A DNA stretch of 64,000 nt, taken from contig CACKEY010000002.1 of the NCBI GenBank assembly GCA_902599315.1, forward strand, positions 70,299 through 134,298. Reading direction: 5' to 3'. Under the pieces are notes generated by a model. That model ran no database searches. It worked only from the letters and a program-made list of their open reading frames with translations, and was not told where the DNA came from. Each line of letters begins with the position of its first letter. Position 1 is the first letter of the stretch. Shown here piece after piece: positions 56,028 through 64,000 of the stretch. This stretch comes from an uncultured SAR86 cluster bacterium (GTDB taxonomy: Bacteria > Pseudomonadota > Gammaproteobacteria > Magnimaribacterales > D2472). The translations under genes and the position numbers were made by a program.

Positions 56028-57289
56028 ATAAAGAGCTTTCCCTATTGCTTGATGAAATGGGCCAAAAGGCAAAAATTGCTAGCTCAATATTAAATACTAC
56101 ATCCAGTGATCAAAAAAATAAATTTTTTGATTTGGCTATTAAATCAATTCAAAAAGATGCTGATACAATTCTTGAGGCTAATAAAGCAGATATTCAGCAA
56201 GCAAAAGAAAACAATAAAGATGAAGCCTTTATTGATCGCTTAGCTTTAGATAATGAAAGGCTTCATGGAATATGCGATACGTTAGAGGCAATTAAATCTT
56301 TTGGAGATCCAGTTGGAAAAGTTCTTGCAACTTGGGATCGACCAAATGGATTAAATATTTCTAGAGTTGCTACCCCCCTTGGCGTGATAGGGTTAATTTT
56401 TGAAAGCAGACCAAATGTTGCTGCCGATGCAGGAGGTTTATGCCTTAAATCAGGAAATGCACTGATACTAAGAAGTGGAAAAGATGGTCTTAGATCTGCT
56501 GAAGCGATCGTCGCCTCTCTTCAAGCTGCATTAGTATCTGCTGATCTTCCGAAAGAATGCATTCAGATAGTCCCATCCAAAAGCAGAGATGCTGCAACCC
56601 TCATGTTAGAAGGACTTAATGGCTCAATTGATGTGATAGTGCCAAGAGGAGGCAAAAGCCTTGTTGCAGAGGTTGAAAGATCTGCAAAAGTTCCAGTTTT
56701 TGGACATTTAGAGGGCATATGTCATATTTATATAGATGAGCATGCAGATGAAGAGAAAGCTTTAGCAGTCTGTTTAAATGCTAAAATGCGAAGAACTGGA
56801 ATATGTGGGGCTGTAGAAACAATACTCGTAAACGATAAGATTGCAAAGTCTTTTGTGCCTAAAATTGTTGCGTCATTATCAGAATTAAACTGTGAGATAA
56901 GATGCTGTGAAAAAACAATTGATTTTGATGGAAGATCAGTACCAGCAACTGAAGAAGATTGGTCAACAGAGTACCTTGCTCCAATTGTAAGTTTAAAGTC
57001 TGTCTTAAATGTTGATGAAGCAATTAATCATATTGCGCAATACGGGACAGGACATACTGAATCAATAATCAGTGAGAATAAAGACAATCAAACCAAGTTT
57101 ACACATTCTATCGATAGTGCAATTGTTATGATCAATGCTTCAACTCAGTTTGCTGATGGTGGTGAATTTGGTCTTGGTGGTGAGATAGGTATCGCAACTG
57201 GAAAATTTCATGCCAGAGGACCAGTGGGTGTAGATCAACTTACGAGTTTTAAGTACATCGTCTCTGGCAACGGACAAACAAGAGATTAA
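56024..57289 (+). CDS. proA: gamma-glutamyl phosphate reductase
   Basis: GVIGLIFESRPNV, LRSGKD, ICGAVETILV and HTESII motifs. The ATG at 56024 overlaps the proB stop (ATGA). Confidence 0.9.
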   Translation: MNKELSLLLDEMGQKAKIASSILNTTSSDQKNKFFDLAIKSIQKDADTILEANKADIQQAKENNKDEAFIDRLALDNERLHGICDTLEAIKSFGDPVGKVLATWDRPNGLNISRVATPLGVIGLIFESRPNVAADAGGLCLKSGNALILRSGKDGLRSAEAIVASLQAALVSADLPKECIQIVPSKSRDAATLMLEGLNGSIDVIVPRGGKSLVAEVERSAKVPVFGHLEGICHIYIDEHADEEKALAVCLNAKMRRTGICGAVETILVNDKIAKSFVPKIVASLSELNCEIRCCEKTIDFDGRSVPATEEDWSTEYLAPIVSLKSVLNVDEAINHIAQYGTGHTESIISENKDNQTKFTHSIDSAIVMINASTQFADGGEFGLGGEIGIATGKFHARGPVGVDQLTSFKYIVSGNGQTRD

Positions 57290-57290
57290 T

Positions 57291-58025
57291 TTAAATATAG
57301 ATATCGAATCGAGTTGTTTTACCAAGAACTTGGTAATTAATTTTTTTAGAAAATGGTTCAGCTTTGATAGGCCTCTTTACAATCATTTTTTTTATTGGCA
57401 TTGAAATCAAGCGCTCAAAATCTTGAGTTGAATCGTTTTCTATCGATTCTATAGCAAGTATTCTAGCCAAATATTCTAATTGACCAGAGCCAAGTGCATT
57501 TTTTTTGCTCGTCGGATACATAGGATCAAAATAAATAACATCAAATTTTTGTCTCTTTGAAATATATGAGCAGGCATTTGTGTTAATAAGCGTCAATGCT
57601 TTAAAAATTGTCTTATCATTGCTGCGATTAATCGCATCATTTAATAAATAAAATAATATTTTACTTTGTTCTAAAGCTGTGACCTTATGACCTAAGCTCA
57701 GGAACAACAAAGTATCCTGAAGCATGCCAGCAGTGCAATCAAGAATACTTAATGGGGCTTCATGTTTACCAAGAGCCTTTTTAATAAGCTTTTCGTGCTC
57801 TACCCGATTTGTCCGCCAAAGTGTTTTGCCAGAGTTAAAATCAATTTTAAATTTCTTAGTTGATCTTGCTTCTGGATGAAAAAACGATAAACCTGTTTCT
57901 GAAAGGTAAAGGTGACAATGTTGAATCATTTCTTTTTCATCACTAGAGGCGGTTCCAATAGAAGTTGCAAGAGTCTCAGCTGAAGATTTGCATTTATCTG
58001 ATGAATATATAAGGGGTGGAATCAT
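57291..58025 (-). CDS. rsmJ: 16S rRNA (guanine1516-N2)-methyltransferase RsmJ-like
   Basis: ILDCTAGMLQDTLLFLSLGHKVTALEQS, VIYFDPMYP and VKRP....P...........RFDIY match the RsmJ/YhiQ layout. Confidence 0.7.
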   Translation of the reverse strand: MIPPLIYSSDKCKSSAETLATSIGTASSDEKEMIQHCHLYLSETGLSFFHPEARSTKKFKIDFNSGKTLWRTNRVEHEKLIKKALGKHEAPLSILDCTAGMLQDTLLFLSLGHKVTALEQSKILFYLLNDAINRSNDKTIFKALTLINTNACSYISKRQKFDVIYFDPMYPTSKKNALGSGQLEYLARILAIESIENDSTQDFERLISMPIKKMIVKRPIKAEPFSKKINYQVLGKTTRFDIYI

Positions 58026-58816
58026 AGAAGCAAAAGAACCGCTCCTAATGCAACTCTATACAAAACAAATGGTGTCATGCCAATTTTTTCAACAAATTTA
58101 AGAAAACTTTTTATTGTAAAAAATGCTACAAAAGCTGAGCCAAAAAAACCCGTTAGGATTATTAACAAATCATTTAACTCTAGTGAGTAGGCCCCCTTTA
58201 AAAACATTAATATCAAAGCTCCCAAAATTGTTGGTATGCTCAGTAAAAATGCAAACTTTGATGTATCCTTTAGATTTAAACCTATAAGTAATGCGCCTGT
58301 TATGGCCATACCGGATCTTGAAGCTCCCGGGAAAATAGCTAAAGCTTGAAAGCAACCAATCAACAATGCAGCAGTCAATGTTAACTCTGTCAAAGATTTT
58401 GTTTGAGCAGAGGTCCTAAAAACTAAATATAACAAAGCAGCAAATATAAGATTCGTCCATGCAATTGAGTTTGTATTGGTAAATCTAGAGTCTGTGAAAT
58501 CAGAAAAAACTAATCCAAAAATGATGATTGGTAAGGTTGCTACTAAAAGGTTTAACCCCAACAAATAATTTTGTTGATCTCGGTTATTTGTCCATGGTTT
58601 CCATGCTTGAACCAAGCCCTGAATTTCTTTTTTAAAATAATAAATTACTGCTGCAAGAGTACCGGCATGCACCGATATATCAAAAACTATCCCAAAATCT
58701 TTTGTTCCAAAAATTAGTGATGGTAATAATAAATGTGCTGAACTTGAGACTGGTAAAAATTCAGTCAAGCCCTGAATTAATGCAAGAACTAAGGCTAGAA
58801 AAAAATCTGCGATCAT
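58022..58816 (-). CDS. uppP: undecaprenyl-diphosphate phosphatase
   Basis: QGLTEFLPVSSSAHL and PGASRSGMAITG motifs. Confidence 0.9.
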   Translation of the reverse strand: MIADFFLALVLALIQGLTEFLPVSSSAHLLLPSLIFGTKDFGIVFDISVHAGTLAAVIYYFKKEIQGLVQAWKPWTNNRDQQNYLLGLNLLVATLPIIIFGLVFSDFTDSRFTNTNSIAWTNLIFAALLYLVFRTSAQTKSLTELTLTAALLIGCFQALAIFPGASRSGMAITGALLIGLNLKDTSKFAFLLSIPTILGALILMFLKGAYSLELNDLLIILTGFFGSAFVAFFTIKSFLKFVEKIGMTPFVLYRVALGAVLLLL

Positions 58817-59472
58817 GATTTTTTGTAATCAGGTGTTTTTAGGTATACCGGATTTGCATCCTCAGGGAGAAAGTCTTGATTAGTTTCTAATTTTTTCTTT
58901 GCAATGATTGCAATAGACTCAGCACTTCCAATAACTTGTGATAAAAAGTTAGAATGTTTTTCTATCTGTTCTGGCCAACCTGACCCAGCAAAATAACAAT
59001 CCTCCTCATCTAAAATTTTTAATAAATGATCCATTTTGATTACTGATTCTTCTTCGATTGCAACAACCTCATCATTGTTTTTCTCATAAGAACAAAAATA
59101 GCTTTCGTTTGCATCGGCTTCAATGGTTACAAAAATTTTTGCTTTATTTTCGTTTATCCAATAGGAAGATTCTTTTGCGATAGACTCTAAATTAGAAACA
59201 GGAACTAAAGGAAGTTTTTTTATTTCAGCAATAGCTTTTAAAAATGAAGCTGTGATTCTAAGAGCAGTATATGAACCAGGACCACAAGCAAATGCTATAC
59301 CGTTAAGAACATCAAGGCCTTCATTAGAGTCAAATCCTATACTTTCAAAGAGTTTATCCCAGTCTGGTCGTTTTTTTTGATCATGAGTTTGCGTAAAAGT
59401 ATTGACTTCCTCATCGTTTAAAAAAGATATCGATGAATAATTTCCGCTTAAATCAAATGACAGAATTTTCAT
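58813..59472 (-). CDS. tsaB: tRNA t6A biosynthesis protein TsaB (YeaZ)
   Basis: MKILSFDLSG start, ACGPGSYTALRI motif, about 220 aa. Confidence 0.8.
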   Translation of the reverse strand: MKILSFDLSGNYSSISFLNDEEVNTFTQTHDQKKRPDWDKLFESIGFDSNEGLDVLNGIAFACGPGSYTALRITASFLKAIAEIKKLPLVPVSNLESIAKESSYWINENKAKIFVTIEADANESYFCSYEKNNDEVVAIEEESVIKMDHLLKILDEEDCYFAGSGWPEQIEKHSNFLSQVIGSAESIAIIAKKKLETNQDFLPEDANPVYLKTPDYKKS

Positions 59473-59476
59473 TCAA

Positions 59477-60121
59477 CTAAAAAGAACGTTCGATATCCTC
59501 AAATACTTTCTCAACTTCTTGAGAGCCATCTACGGCAACATATTTAAGTGAACTCTTGCTTTCAAGTGATTTATAATACGCAACAAGAGGTTTAGTCTCA
59601 TTTTGATAGACTTCTAAGCGATGCATAACTGTTGCAGGCATATCATCATCTCTCTGAATAAGAGGCTCCCCAGTAATATCATCAACACCCTCTTTTTTAG
59701 GTGGTTGATAGACAAGGTGATAATTTCTACCTGAACCAGGATGCACCCTCCTTCCTGACATTCTATCTACGATGACGTTGTCTTCGACTTTAATTTCAAT
59801 GACATGACTAAACTCAATATTGTTTTCGACACACAAATCTGCTTGGCCTACTGTTCTTATGCCACCATCAAATAGAAAGCCTTGATTACAATCAGGCTGA
59901 GAAATTCGATCTAAAATTAACTCAATAATAATCTGATCAGAAACTAAGGCCCCAGAGTTCATAATATTTGTTACCTTTTTACCTAATTCACTTCCAGAGG
60001 CGATGGATGATCTAAGCATGTCACCTGTACTTATTTTAGGAATAGCTAAAGATTTACAAATAAGGTCTGCCTGAGTGCCTTTTCCAGCACCAGGCGGCCC
60101 TAATAGAAGAATTTTATTCAT
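59477..60121 (-). CDS. adk: adenylate kinase
   Basis: LLGPPGAGKGTQA P-loop, ISTGDMLR, and a LID region lacking the Cys4 zinc site. Confidence 0.95.
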   Translation of the reverse strand: MNKILLLGPPGAGKGTQADLICKSLAIPKISTGDMLRSSIASGSELGKKVTNIMNSGALVSDQIIIELILDRISQPDCNQGFLFDGGIRTVGQADLCVENNIEFSHVIEIKVEDNVIVDRMSGRRVHPGSGRNYHLVYQPPKKEGVDDITGEPLIQRDDDMPATVMHRLEVYQNETKPLVAYYKSLESKSSLKYVAVDGSQEVEKVFEDIERSF

Positions 60122-60495
60122 GTTTCTAAAACTGCAAATGCAATAAGGTGGTTGCTTTCATCGGCTAGACTAACATGGGTCTTCGTGATGCCCAAATCCT
60201 CAACATAAGTTTTCGCTGCATCAGATAGTAACACCTGGGGCTGACCAAAAGAGTTTCTTAATATTTGAATATCCCTGGGATAGATTGGCTTTTTAAAGCC
60301 TGTGCCTAAGGCCTTTACAAAGGCCTCTTTGCCGGCAAATTGTTTACCTAAATATGATTGATTGCATCCATCAGTTAATTGGTGATACTTTTTGAGCTCT
60401 TGATTACCCAAAATTTTTTTAGCAAAAGCAGATAAAGATTTGATTTTTTTTATCCTTTTTAAATCTACTAAATCTGTTCCTATTCCATAAATCAT
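60118..60495 (-). CDS. acpS: holo-[acyl-carrier-protein] synthase
   Basis: MIYGIGTDLVDLKRI and AGKEAFVKALGTG motifs. Length is 125 aa. Confidence 0.9.
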   Translation of the reverse strand: MIYGIGTDLVDLKRIKKIKSLSAFAKKILGNQELKKYHQLTDGCNQSYLGKQFAGKEAFVKALGTGFKKPIYPRDIQILRNSFGQPQVLLSDAAKTYVEDLGITKTHVSLADESNHLIAFAVLET

Positions 60496-61187
60496 ATTTT
60501 AATTTTTTTAAAAAACTTCCTGCTGCTTAATTCTCTGCCATCTAGGCATGCGCTGATTGCAGTTTGCAAAAGCTTTTTTAATTTTAACTTATCCATGCCT
60601 TTTAGTGATCTATTTTTAATCTTTAAAATTTCTTCAGCCCTAAAACCCTCAGCATTACCTGCACTATGAAAACCCTTTTCAGGAATATATGAATAAATAA
60701 CTGAATCTTGAAACTCTGAATTATCTTTTGTATCTGTATCAAAATTTATTCCGTAACCAAGAACATCCAGAAGATCTAATTCAAACACTCTCAAATCTAA
60801 TTCGGAAATTGCATCTGCCCTGGCAAGCTCAACGAAGTTTTGGTATAGATCATATAGTTCTTGATTAGGGAGTCCTTTAGGCAATAATCGAATCATTAAC
60901 TCATTTACATATAAGTATGTATAAAGATCGTGGGGACCTTTGATAGATTGAGAAAAAAAGTTTGAATCTATATGAGTTAAAGTCTTCATCTCAGATTTGC
61001 CAGTGAAAATTACATTCAGTGCTGAGAAAGGAAGCAAATGACCAAAGAATTTACTACGTGGATTTTTTGCGCCCTTGGCCATGATTGAAATTTTTCCAGA
61101 GGACTCTGTAAAAATATCTGCAATGATAGAAGTATCGCCAAAAGACCTAGCATGCAAGAGAAAGCAAGACTCCCAATTATGAGGCAT
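60492..61187 (-). CDS. recO: DNA repair protein RecO
   Basis: Size, an OB-fold-like N-terminus (FLLHARSFGDTS.I...FT...GK) and conserved position after era. Confidence 0.8.
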   Translation of the reverse strand: MPHNWESCFLLHARSFGDTSIIADIFTESSGKISIMAKGAKNPRSKFFGHLLPFSALNVIFTGKSEMKTLTHIDSNFFSQSIKGPHDLYTYLYVNELMIRLLPKGLPNQELYDLYQNFVELARADAISELDLRVFELDLLDVLGYGINFDTDTKDNSEFQDSVIYSYIPEKGFHSAGNAEGFRAEEILKIKNRSLKGMDKLKLKKLLQTAISACLDGRELSSRKFFKKIKI

Positions 61188-62085
61188 CTTGATTGCTGCC
61201 TACTCCAAGGCTACTTAAATATTGAGCATCATTATTCCAATTTTTATTAACTTTAACAAAAGTTTTTAGTAAAACTTTTTTATGGATCATTTTTTCAAGC
61301 TCAATCCTTGTTTGCTGTCCTATTCTTTTTAAATTTGAGCCCTCGTGTCCAATAACAATGCTTTTTTGACTATCGCGTGCAACATATATGATAACTCCTA
61401 TAGACAACATTTTCCCTTCCATGCCTTTTGTTTCAACAGCTACATAGGTTTCATGAGGCAATTCATCTCCTAATGAACGAATTATCTTTTCTCTTACTAG
61501 CTCGCTGATAAAAAAATTATCTGGAATTTCTTTTTCCTCAGAATCAGATGGATATAAATGATTATTTTCTGGGAGAGCTTTTTTAATGCATCCTAGCAAA
61601 TCTCCTATCCCATCATTATGTTTGGCTGAAATAGGAACATAATCCAAAAAAGAATAGACTGCATCAATTTCTTTTATTAATGGCAGTAAATCATTTTTAT
61701 TCTCTACTTGGTCCACTTTATTTAGAACACAAATAGCTGGAACTTTGCTTTCTTTAATTTTATTTAAAACCTGTCTGTCCTGATTATGTAATGAAGTTCG
61801 ATGCAGAAGAAATAAAACTAAGTCTGAGTCTTGTATGACACTCAGGGCTGAATGATTTAATACTTTGTTTAAAGTTTTTGTTGCCTGCATATGAATGCCC
61901 GGTGTATCTAGAAAAATCATCTGAAATTCATTATCAGTTTTAACACCTATGATGTTATTTCTTGTGGTTTGGGATTTACGTGAAGTAATAGATATTTTTT
62001 TATCCAGTATGGTGTTGAGTAAAGTTGATTTGCCGACATTGGGTTTTCCAACAATTGATATATAGCCACAAAACTGTTTTGTCAT
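61177..62085 (-). CDS. era: GTPase Era
   Basis: VGKPNVGKSTLLN, DTPGIH, NKVD and a C-terminal KH domain (VIGHEGSNLKRIG). Confidence 0.95.
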   Translation of the reverse strand: MTKQFCGYISIVGKPNVGKSTLLNTILDKKISITSRKSQTTRNNIIGVKTDNEFQMIFLDTPGIHMQATKTLNKVLNHSALSVIQDSDLVLFLLHRTSLHNQDRQVLNKIKESKVPAICVLNKVDQVENKNDLLPLIKEIDAVYSFLDYVPISAKHNDGIGDLLGCIKKALPENNHLYPSDSEEKEIPDNFFISELVREKIIRSLGDELPHETYVAVETKGMEGKMLSIGVIIYVARDSQKSIVIGHEGSNLKRIGQQTRIELEKMIHKKVLLKTFVKVNKNWNNDAQYLSSLGVGSNQDAS

Positions 62086-62735
62086 AATTGATTGACTCTT
62101 AGCAAAATTAACTCCGAGACTTTCTGCTCAGCCTCTTTTTTTAATGCAGCAGAAGCTTGAAAGGTCTCATCATTAAAAATTACAGTACAATTAAATTTAT
62201 TGCCTTCTTTATTTACAGCAACGGAATATTTTGGAAGTTCCCTCCCAGATGCTTGCAAAACCTCTTGCAGTCTTGATTTTGCATCCTTCAAATCAATGAA
62301 TTCATCAAGATTAGAAAAGTCACTTTTAAAAAGATTGAAAATAAAATTTTTACTCTCTTCAAAACCTAGTTCTATAAAAACTGCTCCTATGCATGCCTCC
62401 AAAGTGCCTGCATAAATTGAGTATTTATGAGTCTCATCCAAGTTTTTTGTTCCTTTCGAGGTACTTAGCAAATTTTTACAATCAAGTCTTAAAAAAATTT
62501 TAGCAAGGGATTTGGTATTAACTAAGGAAGCTCTCATTTGAGTTAATCTACCCTCATTCAAATCACTAAAACGATTAAACAAATACTCCGATATAAAAAT
62601 TTCAAGAACCGCGTCACCTAAAAACTCAAGGCGTTCATTGTTTTGATCTGGTGAAGAGCTCTTATGGACAAATGCTTGTTTAAAAAGAGGCAATTGTAAA
62701 TACGAATCCTTAATGGCAAGAGTATTTTTTTTCAT
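62082..62735 (-). CDS. rnc: ribonuclease III
   Basis: NERLEFLGDAVL signature and a C-terminal dsRBD (KDAKSRLQE). Confidence 0.95.
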   Translation of the reverse strand: MKKNTLAIKDSYLQLPLFKQAFVHKSSSPDQNNERLEFLGDAVLEIFISEYLFNRFSDLNEGRLTQMRASLVNTKSLAKIFLRLDCKNLLSTSKGTKNLDETHKYSIYAGTLEACIGAVFIELGFEESKNFIFNLFKSDFSNLDEFIDLKDAKSRLQEVLQASGRELPKYSVAVNKEGNKFNCTVIFNDETFQASAALKKEAEQKVSELILLRVNQL

Positions 62736-62740
62736 TGCAT

Positions 62741-63616
62741 CTATTTAATAAAGCCAGCTCTTTCAAACGAAGGCAGACAGGTCCAACACTCCCATGTCAT
62801 CCATATTAGTTGGCCAGTGCCCATAAAATTTTCTCTTGGAACGAATCCAAAATATCGGGAATCACTTGAATTATCTCTATTATCTCCCATCACGAAATAA
62901 TGATTGTTTGGAACTACAAATTCTTCAGGGTAAGAGGCACTTCCTCCAACAATTCTTATGATTCTATCTTTATTCTCAACAGTCTCTTTCAAAAATGTTT
63001 CTTCTGCGCTAGTTGAGATTAATTCCTGATCAACAGGCTGGCCATTAACATAAATCTTTTTATTTAAATATCCGATTGTATCCCCTGGCTTTCCAATTAA
63101 TCGCTTAATATATGGAACATTGACATGAGGTGGAATAAAGACAACAACATCTCCATAATCAGGATCTGCAGATAAAGCGAATGCGTCACCAACTCTATTA
63201 ATTTTAAGACCATAACTATGTTTGTTTACTAAAATAAAGTCTCCAACTTTTAGGCCCGGAATCATTGACCCAGAAGGAATCTGATATGGCTCATAGGCAA
63301 ATGTACGCAGAACAAATATTAAGAAAACCGGAATAAACCATCCCCGCCCAGTTGTTTTCAGTAAGCCATTTCTACTTATAAGACCAATGAAATAGATAAC
63401 TAAACAAATAACTGAGCCAATCAGCAGAACTGATCCAAGGTCCCCAGCGTTAATAAAAATTCTGTAAATCCCTATCAACGATGCCGATAAACCAGAAATA
63501 TAAATTAATTGTTGATTTTGATCAGTCAATGTATCTTGTAAAACTTGGTAAACCCAAAGTCCAAGAAGGAAAAACAGTGCCACCAGTGATAATAAAAAAA
63601 TTGGATCTGCAAACAT
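62741..63616 (-). CDS. lepB: signal peptidase I
   Basis: IPSGSMIPGL (catalytic Ser), YIKRLIG (catalytic Lys box) and GDNRDNSSDSRYFG. Confidence 0.9.
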   Translation of the reverse strand: MFADPIFLLSLVALFFLLGLWVYQVLQDTLTDQNQQLIYISGLSASLIGIYRIFINAGDLGSVLLIGSVICLVIYFIGLISRNGLLKTTGRGWFIPVFLIFVLRTFAYEPYQIPSGSMIPGLKVGDFILVNKHSYGLKINRVGDAFALSADPDYGDVVVFIPPHVNVPYIKRLIGKPGDTIGYLNKKIYVNGQPVDQELISTSAEETFLKETVENKDRIIRIVGGSASYPEEFVVPNNHYFVMGDNRDNSSDSRYFGFVPRENFMGTGQLIWMTWECWTCLPSFERAGFIK

Positions 63617-64000
63617 TATTTGTCTCCTGAGCTAAAATAATTCAAAAAGGCTTCTTGCGGTATCGATACTCTGCCAAACTGTTTCATTTTCTTCTTTCCT
63701 TCTTTCTGTTTCTCAAGTAATTTCTTTTTACGCGTTACATCGCCGCCGTATAACTTTGCAGTGACATTTTTTCTAAAAGCTTTTACGGTTTCTCGAGAGA
63801 TAATTTTTGATCCTATTGCAACTTGAATGGGCACATCAAACATTTGACGTGGAATTAACTTTTGTAAATTCTTAGCGACCTGTCTACCTCTGCTCATAGC
63901 AAAATCTTTATGAATAATCATTGATAAAGCATCTACGATCTCATTATTTAAAAGAACATCAAGTTTTATTAGATCTGATTTGTGAAATTCCGATATATTA
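63616..64000 (-). CDS. lepA: elongation factor 4 (LepA), C-terminal part; N-terminus lies beyond the window end
   Basis: The frame stays open past the track M at 63921 to the window end (..[21 protein letters not shown]..). The C-terminus [35 protein letters not shown] is LepA-specific. Confidence 0.9.
   Translation of the reverse strand, partial: NISEFHKSDLIKLDVLLNNEIVDALSMIIHKDFAMSRGRQVAKNLQKLIPRQMFDVPIQVAIGSKIISRETVKAFRKNVTAKLYGGDVTRKKKLLEKQKEGKKKMKQFGRVSIPQEAFLNYFSSGDK

Overview
This is an AT-rich, very gene-dense bacterial chromosome segment with about 70 protein genes and 2 tRNAs. I recognise no rRNA, CRISPR array, transposase, integrase or phage gene. Both ends are housekeeping blocks with gammaproteobacterial synteny. 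On the left (1-6.2 kb) is argE-argG-argF'-panD-panC-panB-coaBC. On the right (48.2-64 kb) are tRNA-Glu, divergent trmJ/suhB, queA-tgt-yajC-secD-secF, tRNA-Leu-proBA, and a tightly overlapped lepA-lepB-rnc-era-recO-acpS-adk-tsaB-uppP-rsmJ array. The middle (6.3-48.2 kb) looks accessory. It holds three TonB-dependent receptors, many exported hydrolases (S1/P1 nuclease, SNase-like nuclease, PhoX-like phosphatase, ceramidase-like enzyme, amidase, beta-lactamase-fold hydrolase) and a cytoplasmic patatin lipase. It also holds three SDRs, three NTF2/SnoaL-like proteins, a BCCT transporter and several unknowns. The content and compaction (1-4 nt gene overlaps, stop codons sharing a TTAA) suggest a streamlined marine heterotroph of SAR86-like lifestyle; that is inference only. 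I found no unambiguous new system. The best candidates for uncharacterised biology are these: (1) an Anbu proteasome-like protease with circularly permuted ATP-grasp and alpha-E partners, in a reduced divergent layout without a transglutaminase (43.5-46.6 kb). (2) A TPR-sulfotransferase / ABC-2 exporter operon beside a TonB receptor (26.0-32.7 kb). (3) Two triplets of helically phased GGACTCA-type repeats in the largest non-coding stretch, just 3' of tRNA-Glu (48.02-48.11 kb). (4) Two tight operons of odd composition: SDR / serine hydrolase / S1-P1 nuclease / patatin, and SnoaL / DUF1214-like / SDR. All family names come from motif recognition by eye and need profile searches to confirm.
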